Below are positions 20,270 to 30,209 of a DNA stretch of 64,000 nucleotides, piece by piece. The translations under genes were made by a program, and so were the position numbers. The notes under the pieces were generated by a model that saw only the letters and a program-made list of their open reading frames with translations, made no database searches and was not told where the DNA came from. How positions within the stretch are numbered: position 1 is the first letter of the stretch; each line of letters begins with the position of its first letter. Source of the stretch: Candidatus Planktophila sp. (GTDB lineage Bacteria; Actinomycetota; Actinomycetes; Nanopelagicales; Nanopelagicaceae); NCBI GenBank assembly GCA_030681675.1, contig JAUXRP010000002.1, forward strand, positions 5,178-69,177, in the 5' to 3' direction.

Positions 20270-21852
20270 TGGTTCTCAATCTCTTTTAACTCCTGCGCAG
20301 TTACCTTAGGAATTGCTACGGCGTGAGCTTTGCTCATGCGCACGCGTAGTTTATTTTTAAGCCCACCTGGACGTTTGACTCCACGAGAATCAATATCTTC
20401 GAGCACAAGTGGTGTGGGCTGCTCATGCGAAGTCAAGATAAAGCGCTTTTGCTCTGAGATTGGTTCGTGGACTTCGACGAATTCACCGCTCGGCATTCGT
20501 ACAAGGCGACCAGTCTCTTTTCCATGAAGAACTAATTCACGATCTGCGCGCTGTAACGATAGGCACAGTCGTTTAGTAATTACAAATGCAATGGGTGGAA
20601 GCACAAAGATCGAAATTCGAGAAAACCACATAATCTGGTTAATTGAAAGGTCAAAGGCCGTTGCTAAAATATCGTTTCCACCGTTTATTAGAGAAATCAT
20701 GACGAAAGTAATTGACATAACTCCGAGTGCAGTTCGGTTAGGAACATTGCGTGGACGATCAAGGAGATGATGTTCGCGCTTATCTCCAGTAATCCAACTT
20801 TCAATAAATGGATAGAGCGCCATTCCAGTAAATAAAATTCCAGGAACTATGAGTGCCGGGATCAAAATGTTCCATGAAACCGTGTGACCAAATGCATGTG
20901 TTTCCCAAGGGGGTGCCATTCGAACTAAGCCATCTAACCAACCCATGTACCAATCCGGCTGAGAGCCCGCAGAAATCTGACCTGGAGTGTAAGGACCGTA
21001 TAACCAGATTGGGTTAATCGATGCGACCGCAGAGAGGAATGCAGTTACTCCAAAAACGATAAAGAAGAAACCGCCAGCTTTTGCCATATACACGGGCAAA
21101 ATTGGATGCCCAACCACATTTTTTTCGGTTTTACCAGGGCCAGCAAACTGGGTGTGCTTTTGGTACCAGACGAGCATCACGTGAATTGTGATAACCGCTA
21201 AGAAAATTCCTGGAATCAGTAAAACGTGAAGTGTAAATATGCGTGGGATGAATCCAACGCCAGGGAAGGCTCCACCAAATAAGAAGAAGGTGATATAGGT
21301 TCCAACAAGTGGAATCGCTTGAATTATTGCGGAGGTAATTCGAAGGCCAGTTCCTGAAAGTAGGTCATCTGGAAGTGAGTAGCCAAAGAGACCTTCAACC
21401 AGACCAAGAGTGACGAGAATGATTCCCAGAATCCAGTTAAATTCACGTGGTTTTCTAAATGCGCCTGTGAAAAAGACTCGAAGCAAGTGGGCCACAATGG
21501 CGGCCATGAAGATATTTGCAGACCAGTGGTGAATCTGGCGCATTAATAATCCACCTCGGACCTCAAAGGAGATGTCTAAAGTGGATGCATACGCAGCCGA
21601 CATTTTCAGACCTTGAAGCGGCTCGTACACGCCATCGTAAATGACTTCACGTTGAGATGGATCAAACCAGAGCGTTAAGAAAGTTCCAGATAAGAGCAAG
21701 ATGATAAATGAATACATGCATACTTCACCGAGCATGAAGGACCAGTGGTCTGGAAAGACCTTGTTAAGGGATTTCTTAACCCAACCAGCGGCACCTGTTC
21801 GCTCATCTACAAAGTTAGCTACCGCACCGACTCTTTTTTCAGCAATTGTCAT
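20266..21852 (-). CDS. qcrB: Cytochrome bcc complex cytochrome b subunit
   Basis: KVFPDHWSFMLGE, RQIHHWSA, FTLHVLLIP, AGSQPDWY. Confidence 0.96.
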   Translation of the reverse strand: MTIAEKRVGAVANFVDERTGAAGWVKKSLNKVFPDHWSFMLGEVCMYSFIILLLSGTFLTLWFDPSQREVIYDGVYEPLQGLKMSAAYASTLDISFEVRGGLLMRQIHHWSANIFMAAIVAHLLRVFFTGAFRKPREFNWILGIILVTLGLVEGLFGYSLPDDLLSGTGLRITSAIIQAIPLVGTYITFFLFGGAFPGVGFIPRIFTLHVLLIPGIFLAVITIHVMLVWYQKHTQFAGPGKTEKNVVGHPILPVYMAKAGGFFFIVFGVTAFLSAVASINPIWLYGPYTPGQISAGSQPDWYMGWLDGLVRMAPPWETHAFGHTVSWNILIPALIVPGILFTGMALYPFIESWITGDKREHHLLDRPRNVPNRTALGVMSITFVMISLINGGNDILATAFDLSINQIMWFSRISIFVLPPIAFVITKRLCLSLQRADRELVLHGKETGRLVRMPSGEFVEVHEPISEQKRFILTSHEQPTPLVLEDIDSRGVKRPGGLKNKLRVRMSKAHAVAIPKVTAQELKEIENH

Positions 21853-22871
21853 TGTGAGTTTCGCTCCCAGTAACTAGGTCCAACGGATTCACTAAATGGT
21901 GCACGAGCAATTAAATATCCTTCAGCGTCAACGGTTATATCCAACTGCGGTAATGGACGTGCAGCTGGTCCAAAGATAACTTTAGCGCCGCGAGTAACAT
22001 CAAAAGTTGATTGATGGCACGGGCATAACAAATGCTTTGTTGTCTGTTCATAGAGAGCAACTGCGCATCCCATGTGCGAACAAATCTTTGAAAAGGCGAT
22101 GATTCCTTCATGTGTCATGGCAAGTTTTTCTGGAGTCAGATTAAAATCTTCGGGACGCAGACGAATAAGTAGTACTGGATCCTTAGCAATATCACTCAGT
22201 AAGCGCTCGGCGTGTTCGCCCTTCTCGCCACTCTCGGCAATTGCTGGCAGAACTTGAACAACTGATCCGACTTCAAGATCGGAGGCCAGAATTGGGCGAT
22301 CGCCCGGGTCCGAGACCAGGCGCGTCCCACTCTTCCAATTCGTTGTTTCAAGTTGCTTTTTAGGTAATGGACCTAAATCGCGCAGAAGTAAGACTGGTGG
22401 AAGTGCGAAGAGCCCTATAGAGGCGGCCATCGAACGCTTAATAAGTTTACGCCGGCCAAGTTGTACGCCGGCAACACCCTCTTTAACCGTCTTGATGAAA
22501 TCTTCGCGATCTTCGTCTGATGAGCGGAACTCATGGCGATGATTAATCACTTCAGTCTCCGGCATCAAAGTTTTAGCCCAATGAATTGCCGCCATGCCAA
22601 GGAAGAAAAGCGACATGGCCATTCCGATACCAAGCCCGAGTTGCTGTGCATGTTGATTTCCCATGACAGGAATAAAAATAAATACATCATTTGCAATAAA
22701 AACATAAGAGTAAATCAACAAAAGCGAGCCCACACCGGAGAGAGCAAAGAGAATCGCTACTTGTTGTTCAGCACGTTTTTCAGAGCGTGGGTTTACATCG
22801 GCTGCGCGAAGTACATGTGGGGCAGGACCGGGATCTTTTATTGATTCGATTTCGTTAGACACCGTTCTCAT
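21849..22871 (-). CDS. qcrA: Cytochrome bcc complex Rieske Fe-S subunit
   Basis: CSHMGC and CPCHQS ligand motifs, GPAARPLPQL. Start set at ATG 22871 (ATGA overlap with the qcrC stop). Confidence 0.95.
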   Translation of the reverse strand: MRTVSNEIESIKDPGPAPHVLRAADVNPRSEKRAEQQVAILFALSGVGSLLLIYSYVFIANDVFIFIPVMGNQHAQQLGLGIGMAMSLFFLGMAAIHWAKTLMPETEVINHRHEFRSSDEDREDFIKTVKEGVAGVQLGRRKLIKRSMAASIGLFALPPVLLLRDLGPLPKKQLETTNWKSGTRLVSDPGDRPILASDLEVGSVVQVLPAIAESGEKGEHAERLLSDIAKDPVLLIRLRPEDFNLTPEKLAMTHEGIIAFSKICSHMGCAVALYEQTTKHLLCPCHQSTFDVTRGAKVIFGPAARPLPQLDITVDAEGYLIARAPFSESVGPSYWERNSQ

Positions 22872-23659
22872 CTCGCTTTCGTTGTTAGCCAGACTGCAAC
22901 AGCTATCAGCAGTCCCATACCTAGTATCCACGCCAAAAGTCCTTCTGTAACTGGTCCAATTCGACCCATGGTGGCACCGCCGAGATTTGGTTCAGCTTCG
23001 GCCGCCTTAATCCACTTAATGAGCGAAAGTTTTTCAGCTGGCGTGATTGTCTTATCGCTAAATACTGGCATTGCCTGTGGTCCAGTAATAAGTGCTTCGT
23101 AAATATATTTCGGTTCAACTCCCATCAATGTGGGTGCGTATTTACCTTGCGTCAGGGCGCCGCCTTGTCCTGCGAAGTTGTGGCACATTGCGCAGTTGTT
23201 TCTAAACAATTCTCCGCCTTCTGCAGTGCTTCCATCGCGCTCATAATTTAACTGTCCTTCCGTTGGAATCATCGGTCCAGGAGCCAGGGATGCAACGTAG
23301 GCAGCTAGAGCCGCCGTTTGCTCAGGAGTATAAACCGGAGCTTTTCTAACAGCCTGAGTGCTCATATCGGCCATCGGCATACGACCCGTGCCAACTTGGA
23401 AATCTACCGAAGCTGCGCCAACACCAATTAAAGATGGTGCGATTGCGCCACCTTCGGCATTCAATCCATGACATGAAGAACAACCTTTAAGGAAAATCTG
23501 TTTACCCTCTTCAATTGCGGCAGAACGAGCAAAAGTATTCGGCGCCAATTTGATAGTTGCACTAGCAATGTTAAAAGTTGTACCTATCCCTAATAAAGCG
23601 ATGATAAGCAACAAGGGAGCTGCCCCTTTATGGCGACGGTATCTGGAAAGGCGCTTCAC
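22868..23659 (-). CDS. qcrC: Cytochrome bcc complex diheme cytochrome c
   Basis: Two CxxCH motifs (CSSCH, CAMCH), GPVTEG C-terminal anchor. Confidence 0.96.
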   Translation of the reverse strand: MKRLSRYRRHKGAAPLLLIIALLGIGTTFNIASATIKLAPNTFARSAAIEEGKQIFLKGCSSCHGLNAEGGAIAPSLIGVGAASVDFQVGTGRMPMADMSTQAVRKAPVYTPEQTAALAAYVASLAPGPMIPTEGQLNYERDGSTAEGGELFRNNCAMCHNFAGQGGALTQGKYAPTLMGVEPKYIYEALITGPQAMPVFSDKTITPAEKLSLIKWIKAAEAEPNLGGATMGRIGPVTEGLLAWILGMGLLIAVAVWLTTKAR

Positions 23660-23674
23660 GATTAAATAACTCCT

Positions 23675-24304
23675 TTACTTAATGAGGTAGATAGCGGAGA
23701 AAAGTGCGATCCACACTACGTCGACGAAGTGCCAGTAATACGAAACTACGATTGCCGTTGTTGCTTGAGCGCTGGTAAAACGTCGTGCTTTTGATACTCG
23801 AACAATCACGATTAAAAATGCAATTAATCCACCCGTTACGTGTAGACCATGAAAACCTGTAGCAACGAAAAATACTGATCCGTATGCCGTAGATGAAAGT
23901 GTTAATCCTTCGTGAACCAATGCGGCATATTCATAAATCTGACCGGCAACGAAAAAAGCGCCCATTAAAAATGTCAATGCGAACCATTCGCGCATTCCCC
24001 ATTTATTGATTTGATAAATCTTTCCAGTTTTATGATTTTGAAATCGCTCGGCGGCAAAGACGCCAAATTGGCAGGTAACTGAAGACAGAACTAAGACCGT
24101 TGTATTAATGGCAGCAAATGGAATATTCAGAAGATGTGTTGATTCGCTCCAAATTGTTGGACCCTGGACTCCACGAGTCGTGAAGTAGATTGCAAATAAA
24201 GCGGCAAAGAACATTAACTCACTTGAGAGCCAGACGATAGTTCCAACTGCTACAGCGTTGGGGCGTGAAATTTTGTGATGGGCCATTACGGCTGCGCTAG
24301 ACAT
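23675..24304 (-). CDS. ctaE: Cytochrome c oxidase subunit III
   Basis: [34 protein letters not shown]. Start moved to ATG 24304. Confidence 0.94.
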   Translation of the reverse strand: MSSAAVMAHHKISRPNAVAVGTIVWLSSELMFFAALFAIYFTTRGVQGPTIWSESTHLLNIPFAAINTTVLVLSSVTCQFGVFAAERFQNHKTGKIYQINKWGMREWFALTFLMGAFFVAGQIYEYAALVHEGLTLSSTAYGSVFFVATGFHGLHVTGGLIAFLIVIVRVSKARRFTSAQATTAIVVSYYWHFVDVVWIALFSAIYLIK

Positions 24305-24454
24305 GGGGCGATTATTGCCTAAAACACGCGCTCTGTCCTGCATAAAAGGCCCATCTGAGAAGAGTCTGCCCGCAGTGGCTCATGAAACAGGTCACTACTA
24401 CACAGTGCGGTTTGGGCTTTTGCCAGACCTATATCTGGAGTTAGAATCGTGGCC

Positions 24455-24868
24455 ATGAGCCAGAAGATTCAAAAGAGCCAGATTGTTCTTTACTCCAATG
24501 ACTCCTCGGTTCGCCAAACTATCATCGCAGCGTTGGGACGAACAGTGGCCGCTGACTTACCTGAGCATGTAATTCATGAGTTTGCCACGGGTCCGGCGCT
24601 TCGCGCATTTGTAGATTCAAAAGCCCACATTGATCTTTTCATTCTCGATGGAGAATCAACGCCTGAGGGTGGAATGGGAATCGCACGGCAACTAAAAGAT
24701 GAGGTTTTCAACTGCCCTCCTGTTTTACTTATAATTGGACGTGTTCAAGATTCATGGTTGGCGGCCTGGTCCTTAGCCGAAGCCTCGGTGGTACATCCAA
24801 TCGATCCATTCACTCTCGCGCAAAGTGCGGCGAAATTGCTGCGTACACGTTTATCCATTGTTGCCTAG
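24455..24868 (+). CDS. Orphan single-domain response-regulator receiver (Rv3143-like)
   Basis: VLYSND, LFILDGESTPEGGMGIARQLKDE, WLAAWSLAE, HPIDP. Start ATG 24455 lies 7 nt after TAGAAT. Confidence 0.8.
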   Translation: MSQKIQKSQIVLYSNDSSVRQTIIAALGRTVAADLPEHVIHEFATGPALRAFVDSKAHIDLFILDGESTPEGGMGIARQLKDEVFNCPPVLLIIGRVQDSWLAAWSLAEASVVHPIDPFTLAQSAAKLLRTRLSIVA

Positions 24869-24924
24869 TTTGTACTGATTAATTTATCCACCAATAAAGG
24901 GTTACATCTGCTTGGATTACGCTC

Positions 24925-25980
24925 ATGCGCGAACACTCTTGGGGTAAAAATCTGATTACCCTTGTCTCTGGTTTAGATCTTGAGATAGACGATGTTGCTT
25001 GGTGCATGCAAGAGATATTAGAAGGCCGTGCCGAAACCGAACAGATAAAAGATTTTCTTCTAGCATTGAAAGCTAAAGGAGAAACGGCAGATGAGGTCGG
25101 CGCACTCGTTGCTCAGATGTACCAGCATTGTGCCCCGATTACGATTTCAGAGCGCGCAGTCGATACTGTTGGAACTGGCGGAGATGGCGCCCACACAATA
25201 AATATCTCTACTACCGCGGCAATCATCGCTGCTGCTGCAGGTGCGAAAGTAATCAAACACGGCAACCGCGCCGCATCATCAAAATCTGGGGCAGGGGATT
25301 TACTTGAAGCTTTAGGCGTTTCAATTACTTTAGATGGGGCCGGTGTTGAAAAAACTTTTGCCTCTCTCGGTATTGGATTTTGCTTTGCGCCGGTTTTTCA
25401 CCCTGCAATGCGCTTTGCCGCCCTTGCACGAAAAGAGTTAGGCGTGCCCACCGTATTCAATATTTTAGGACCTCTTGCTAACCCAGCTAAACCACAAGCC
25501 GCAGCGATAGGTGTTGCAAATGATCGAATGCATTTAGTGATGGCGCAAGTTCTCGGCGATCGCGGAGTCGATGGCTTTGTCTTTCGCGGAGACGATGGTT
25601 TAGATGAGATTACATTGGCAACTACAACATCTGTATTAACTATTGGAAGCGGTGAAATCTCGAGTGATTTAATCGATCCGCTAGATTTTTCAATTGCGCG
25701 TGCGCCAATTTCTGCGTTAGTTGGGGGAGATGCAGCGGAAAATGCTCGGATTACAAACGCCATTTTCGCAGGTGAGTCAGGTGCACCCCGTGATGCCGTT
25801 GTACTCAATGCCGCTGCAGCCATAGCCGCTTACGATGGTGAATTCGAATTGAGCCTGCATGATCGCATTGCTAAGGGAGTCGAACAAGCTATCTCTGCTG
25901 TTGATTCTGGGGCCGCGCGCGAGCTATTAGCTAAATGGGTCGAACTCAGCCAAGAGCTTTCGATTCGGAAAGTCAATTAA
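24925..25980 (+). CDS. trpD: Anthranilate phosphoribosyltransferase
   Basis: DTVGTGGDG, NIST, KHGNRAASSKSG, DGLDE. Confidence 0.96.
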   Translation: MREHSWGKNLITLVSGLDLEIDDVAWCMQEILEGRAETEQIKDFLLALKAKGETADEVGALVAQMYQHCAPITISERAVDTVGTGGDGAHTINISTTAAIIAAAAGAKVIKHGNRAASSKSGAGDLLEALGVSITLDGAGVEKTFASLGIGFCFAPVFHPAMRFAALARKELGVPTVFNILGPLANPAKPQAAAIGVANDRMHLVMAQVLGDRGVDGFVFRGDDGLDEITLATTTSVLTIGSGEISSDLIDPLDFSIARAPISALVGGDAAENARITNAIFAGESGAPRDAVVLNAAAAIAAYDGEFELSLHDRIAKGVEQAISAVDSGAARELLAKWVELSQELSIRKVN

Positions 25981-25989
25981 CCGATCTTG

Positions 25990-26646
25990 CTAGCTCAAAC
26001 CTCTTCGTGATATCCGATTAGTAAATGCCATAACATCTTCAACGGTTTTGATATCGAGTGAACCAAAGCGTTCAAAGATCCCATGTAATACATCGACGGT
26101 TGCACGTGCATCATCTAGTGCGCGGTGATTGGGGGAGGTGGCAGCGCCGAAAAATGTAGATAGAGTAGAAAGTTTGCAGTCCGGCACGTCATCTTTACTC
26201 AAAATCGCCCGGGCTAATGCAACGGTGTCGAATACCTTAAATCGAGGCCATTTATAATTATGTTGTGAGGCGGCCGCTCTCAAGAAACTAATATCAAAAC
26301 TGGCATTGTGTGCAACTAGAATATTGGTTAGGGGTGAACCAAGAAACTCGAAAAACGACGGCAAGATGCTTTCGATTGATGGCGAACCCTGAAGCATCGC
26401 AAAAGATATTCCAGTTAAATCGGTAATGTAATCAGGAATCGGAGTTCCGGGGTTCACTAAACTTTGGAATTCGCCAATTACCTTGCCACCACAAACTTTC
26501 ACAGCTCCGATCTCTGTAATTCCGGCTCCGGCAAAGGTGGAGCCGCCAGAAGTTTCGAGATCTACGACAACGAAAACCGTTTCAGATAATGGCCGACCTA
26601 AATCCCCAATACTCGGCTGCCATGCCGTTTCATCGTCAGAATTCAC
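25990..26646 (-). CDS. Stand-alone DEDDh 3'-5' exonuclease (DnaQ/Rv2191 N-domain-like)
   Basis: VDLETSG (Exo I), VAHNASFD (Exo II), HRALDDA (Exo III). GTG 26646 lies 7 nt after TACTCT, so it is preferred over the ATG at 26676. Confidence 0.88.
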   Translation of the reverse strand: MNSDDETAWQPSIGDLGRPLSETVFVVVDLETSGGSTFAGAGITEIGAVKVCGGKVIGEFQSLVNPGTPIPDYITDLTGISFAMLQGSPSIESILPSFFEFLGSPLTNILVAHNASFDISFLRAAASQHNYKWPRFKVFDTVALARAILSKDDVPDCKLSTLSTFFGAATSPNHRALDDARATVDVLHGIFERFGSLDIKTVEDVMAFTNRISRRGLS

Positions 26647-26726
26647 AGTACAAAGAGTAAATGAATTGACTGACATTCACTTGGTTGATGTTGCTTGGTA
26701 ATAATTGATTGCGTAGCCTTATGCCT

Positions 26727-27503
26727 ATGGCCGTTGAAACCGCACCTCCAGGATGGATGCAAGATTGGGCCGCGACCGGCTCTGATAAAAACGCTCGTAT
26801 TGGAGTACTGCTTGTACATGGATTCACGGGTGCGCCTCCATCGATGCGCCCGTGGGCGGAGTTTTTGCTCTCTAAGGGTTACACCGTTCGGGTTCCATTA
26901 CTGCCAGGGCACGGTACTAAGCCTGAGGATTTAAATAAAGTGAAATGGCAAGAGTGGCCAGCTAAAGTGCAAAGCGAGTTAGAAGAGTTATTTAAAATCT
27001 GCGATCAAGTCTTTATCGCTGGGTTATCAATGGGCGGTGGAACTTCACTCCATGTTGCAGAAGAGAACAATGATCGATTAAGTGGAATTATTCTCGTTAA
27101 TCCAATGATTCACCTGCCGCGCGTTTCTCCGCAGTTAGCTTACGTACTTTCGCGCTTTCAAAAACTTCGAGCTAGTGTTGGCAACGACATCAAACGACCT
27201 GGGACTACCGAACATGGATATGACGCGTTACCGACTCGCGGAATTTATCAACTTCTTTTAATGCTAAAAATAACCAGAGAGAATCTACATAAAATAACCG
27301 TACCTGTTCAACTTTTTTACAGCATCGAAGATCACACTCTGCCAGTTTCAAACACCGAAATCATTATGGCCGGTTTGGGTTCAACAAATAAATCCAGAAT
27401 TGAATTAGTAAATAGCTATCACGTTGCAACTCTTGATTATGATCAGGAATTGATCTTTGCCAACTCACTCGCATTTATTGAAAGGCTCACACTTTCTAGG
27501 TGA
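26727..27503 (+). CDS. Carboxylesterase / alpha-beta hydrolase
   Basis: HGFTG oxyanion motif, GLSMGG nucleophile elbow, DHTLP, SYHVATLD. Confidence 0.9.
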   Translation: MAVETAPPGWMQDWAATGSDKNARIGVLLVHGFTGAPPSMRPWAEFLLSKGYTVRVPLLPGHGTKPEDLNKVKWQEWPAKVQSELEELFKICDQVFIAGLSMGGGTSLHVAEENNDRLSGIILVNPMIHLPRVSPQLAYVLSRFQKLRASVGNDIKRPGTTEHGYDALPTRGIYQLLLMLKITRENLHKITVPVQLFYSIEDHTLPVSNTEIIMAGLGSTNKSRIELVNSYHVATLDYDQELIFANSLAFIERLTLSR

Positions 27504-27549
27504 GTGCTTGCTTTACTAAAAGTGAAAAGTTTTCCGTAACAGGTCAATC

Positions 27550-28980
27550 TTAACAACCGTTCAAATACTCCATGGCTTGAACTGCACTCCAACCATCTGG
27601 ATACATAGCTAGCAATGCCTCTTCACCGGCTAAATCAGAGCCCAATGTTACAAGCGCAGCTTCTTGATAACCTGTTGGTCTTATTTGCGCCAGTCCAATA
27701 TTGGCCATTAAAGCGTTACACAGACATTTTTTGCCCACCGTCGCGCCATCTACCCCACCTTTGAAATTAAAGGTTTTATTGGGCTCACCAGAGCATCGAT
27801 AGACGATTCGTTTATTTGGTCGCTCCACTACTGTTCGCAAATAACCTAAATCGCAAAGCTTTACACGAGAGTCAAATTCACTGTTATCTGAAATTGTCTC
27901 GGCAAGTTCGGCATATTTAAATGGAAATGAAGTTGGAGAGCCAAGTGGATCGGTAATTACATTCAAGGTTTTGTCAGCCAGTTGAGTTAATACTTGCCGG
28001 CGCAGCTCTTTCGTTATTCCGGATTCATGTGAGAGTGCAAAGATTGACCCTACTTGAACACCCACTGCACCTTGCGAAATCGCGGAATTGAGCTTTTCTG
28101 GAGTTGCATATCCACCCGCTAACCAAAATGGCAGACCCGTTGCGCGAATCTTTTCTATATCTGCATCATCCTTGATCGTAAACTGGCTCTGACCATCACT
28201 GCCTATTGGAGTGTTTCCTCGCGGTGGAGCGTTGTGCCCTCCCGCGGTTACTCCTTCAACTACAAATCCATCGGGGCGCACATCTACATCACGGTTAAGG
28301 TATGCCGCTAAAGCATGGGATGAAATAATCGCGAGAAATTTTGGTTGTGCAATTTCAATTTTATTTGCACCGAGGATGATAGAAGGATCAAATGGGACAT
28401 AGTATTTTGTGCTCGCATTTTCAACCGCGATAGAGATTGACGTCTCCTTGTGATTTGAAAGTTCACGAATTACTCGAGGTATCTCACTTGGGATGCCAGC
28501 GCCCATGAGTACATAATCAACTCCTGCCAATATAGCTCCGTATATCGATGCGGGCGTTGATAATTGCAGCTTTTCAAGAAAATTGATTCCTATTAATCCA
28601 GTATGTGCTTCCTTTGCAAGCCAGACTTCGACGAAGTTAGCTAAAACTAAAAACTTTGTAGAAAACTCAGTTGGGAGAAGTGAGAGTTTGGGTACAAGTA
28701 GGTAGGGAGTATTTCTTTCTCTGCCACCTTCAATAAAGTATCGTCGGATAACTTCGTCAGCGAATTCTTGATCTGGAAAATGCTCGATTGCTCGGCGAAG
28801 CGATCCATCGCTATCGCCATCTTGTAAACGCCGCGAAATTACCGAATCAATGGCCGTGCCGGAGACAACCCCTAAGCCACCGGCCTGTGCGACCGCCTTG
28901 GCCATCGGCCATGATGAAACCCCGATACCCATGCCACCTTGAATAATGCGGGGAAGTGATGAAATCTCTCCAATTTCCAT
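27550..28980 (-). CDS. Nitronate monooxygenase / FabK-like FMN oxidoreductase, long form with C-terminal Cys motif
   Basis: IIQGGMGIGVS, EGVTAGGHN, WLAGG, VQVGSIF. C-terminal CDLGY...YRC...CLCN. Confidence 0.8.
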   Translation of the reverse strand: MEIGEISSLPRIIQGGMGIGVSSWPMAKAVAQAGGLGVVSGTAIDSVISRRLQDGDSDGSLRRAIEHFPDQEFADEVIRRYFIEGGRERNTPYLLVPKLSLLPTEFSTKFLVLANFVEVWLAKEAHTGLIGINFLEKLQLSTPASIYGAILAGVDYVLMGAGIPSEIPRVIRELSNHKETSISIAVENASTKYYVPFDPSIILGANKIEIAQPKFLAIISSHALAAYLNRDVDVRPDGFVVEGVTAGGHNAPPRGNTPIGSDGQSQFTIKDDADIEKIRATGLPFWLAGGYATPEKLNSAISQGAVGVQVGSIFALSHESGITKELRRQVLTQLADKTLNVITDPLGSPTSFPFKYAELAETISDNSEFDSRVKLCDLGYLRTVVERPNKRIVYRCSGEPNKTFNFKGGVDGATVGKKCLCNALMANIGLAQIRPTGYQEAALVTLGSDLAGEEALLAMYPDGWSAVQAMEYLNGC

Positions 28981-29047
28981 TTCTCAATCGTAAGTGTGCT
29001 AAAAAACCAACTGACCAGTACGGGGAGAGATGACACTCAAAGAGTTA

Positions 29048-29069
29048 AGATGTGAATATTGCTACATCT
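29048..29069. promoter_or_regulatory. Inverted repeat AGATGT-N10-ACATCT, possible operator with CRP/GlxR-like core
   Basis: Lies between the divergent NMO-like and DinB genes. Core TGTGAatattgCTACA is close to TGTGA-N6-TCACA. Confidence 0.3.
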
Positions 29070-29106
29070 GTGTAGTTAATACAGGCGCTAAGGTGAGGAG
29101 TTTGTG

Positions 29107-29607
29107 ATGCTCAACCAAGAGAAGTTGCTGCTGCATATGGCGTGGGCAAATCAATATGTTCTAGCCGCATTGGAGCGACTTTCAGATTCAGATTGGCAAC
29201 TCAAACTCACCGAAGATGATTGGTCGATTCAAGTGTTAGTCAATCACATCGTCTTAGCTGCCGGGGGATATGCCCATCGCGTATCCGGTCGAGCGGTTTC
29301 AACTGGTTTAAATCAAGAGATGGTAATACCGCTAGCCGATTTGCAGGCCCATTGTGCCGAAGCCGATGAGATTTTGCGCATTGAATCGCATAAACCTGAT
29401 GAAGTAAATACGTACACCCGTGACGGTGGAAGCGTTGACAGATCGCGTTCAACAATTATTTCTCAGTCTATACATCATGCAACTGAACACCGTGCACAGA
29501 TTTCAGATACGCTGAAAGTGCATGGAATTCGTATTTTGGATTTAGATGAAATTGACCTTTGGGCATACTCAGATATAGCCGGGGAGATTAATTCAATCGA
29601 TGGATAG
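29107..29607 (+). CDS. DinB/YfiT-like (S-transferase-like) metalloprotein
   Basis: HMAWANQ, LVNHIV, HHATEHRAQI His triad, DLWAY. GGAG RBS 6 nt upstream. Confidence 0.85.
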   Translation: MLNQEKLLLHMAWANQYVLAALERLSDSDWQLKLTEDDWSIQVLVNHIVLAAGGYAHRVSGRAVSTGLNQEMVIPLADLQAHCAEADEILRIESHKPDEVNTYTRDGGSVDRSRSTIISQSIHHATEHRAQISDTLKVHGIRILDLDEIDLWAYSDIAGEINSIDG

Positions 29608-30154
29608 AGAGCCGGTAATTTACACGCCGCGCTTAGAACTACATCACTTAAACGTTGCTGAAATTATCTCTCTCCTTGAAAGACCTGAAGACCCATGGAT
29701 TTATGAAGGCAAGGGCTTTACTAATCCGCACCGCGAACTTATTGATGAGTCTGGCCCATTGGCATGGAGAGTTCCGCAAGTGAAGGTAGAACCGCAGCTC
29801 AATAAATGGTTTGTTCGATGGATGGTTTTAAGACAGAGCCGAGAGATTATTGGCAGCACTAGTTTTCATGGTGCACCAGATGACAATGGAATGATTGAAA
29901 TTGGCCTAGGTGTAAGTCCAAATTTCCGGAGACAGGGTTTTGCTTTCGAGACCTTGGTTGGAATGTGGAGTTGGGTCTGTATACAGGAGGGCGTAAAAAC
30001 CCTGAGGTACACCGTTGCCGCCTCCAACGAAGCCTCGATTGCACTTGTGAGTAAGTTTGGTTTTTCGCACATCGGCCAACAATTGGATGAGATTGATGGT
30101 CCTGAAGAAATCTTCGAGTTATCGACTGAAATCTTTAAGAATCTCAGTTTCTAG
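29600..30154 (+). CDS. GNAT N-acetyltransferase (RimJ/RimL-like)
   Basis: IGSTSFHG, EIGLGVSPNFRRQGFA (acetyl-CoA motif A), NEASIALVSKFGF. Confidence 0.87.
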   Translation: MDREPVIYTPRLELHHLNVAEIISLLERPEDPWIYEGKGFTNPHRELIDESGPLAWRVPQVKVEPQLNKWFVRWMVLRQSREIIGSTSFHGAPDDNGMIEIGLGVSPNFRRQGFAFETLVGMWSWVCIQEGVKTLRYTVAASNEASIALVSKFGFSHIGQQLDEIDGPEEIFELSTEIFKNLSF

Positions 30155-30170
30155 GGCTAGCACTATCTAA

Positions 30171-30188
30171 ATCCATATTTTTATGGAT
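30171..30188. promoter_or_regulatory. Perfect inverted repeat ATCCATA-N4-TATGGAT over the predicted -35 region of the tryptophanase gene
   Basis: Read directly. A -10-like TAACCT lies at 30198-30203, 6 nt before the ATG. Confidence 0.4.
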
Positions 30189-30209
30189 CTCATTCTTTAA
30201 CCTCAAGGC

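Noticed and set aside
30155-30209. TnaC leader peptide
   Set aside because: No Trp-containing short ORF is present in the 55-bp spacer.
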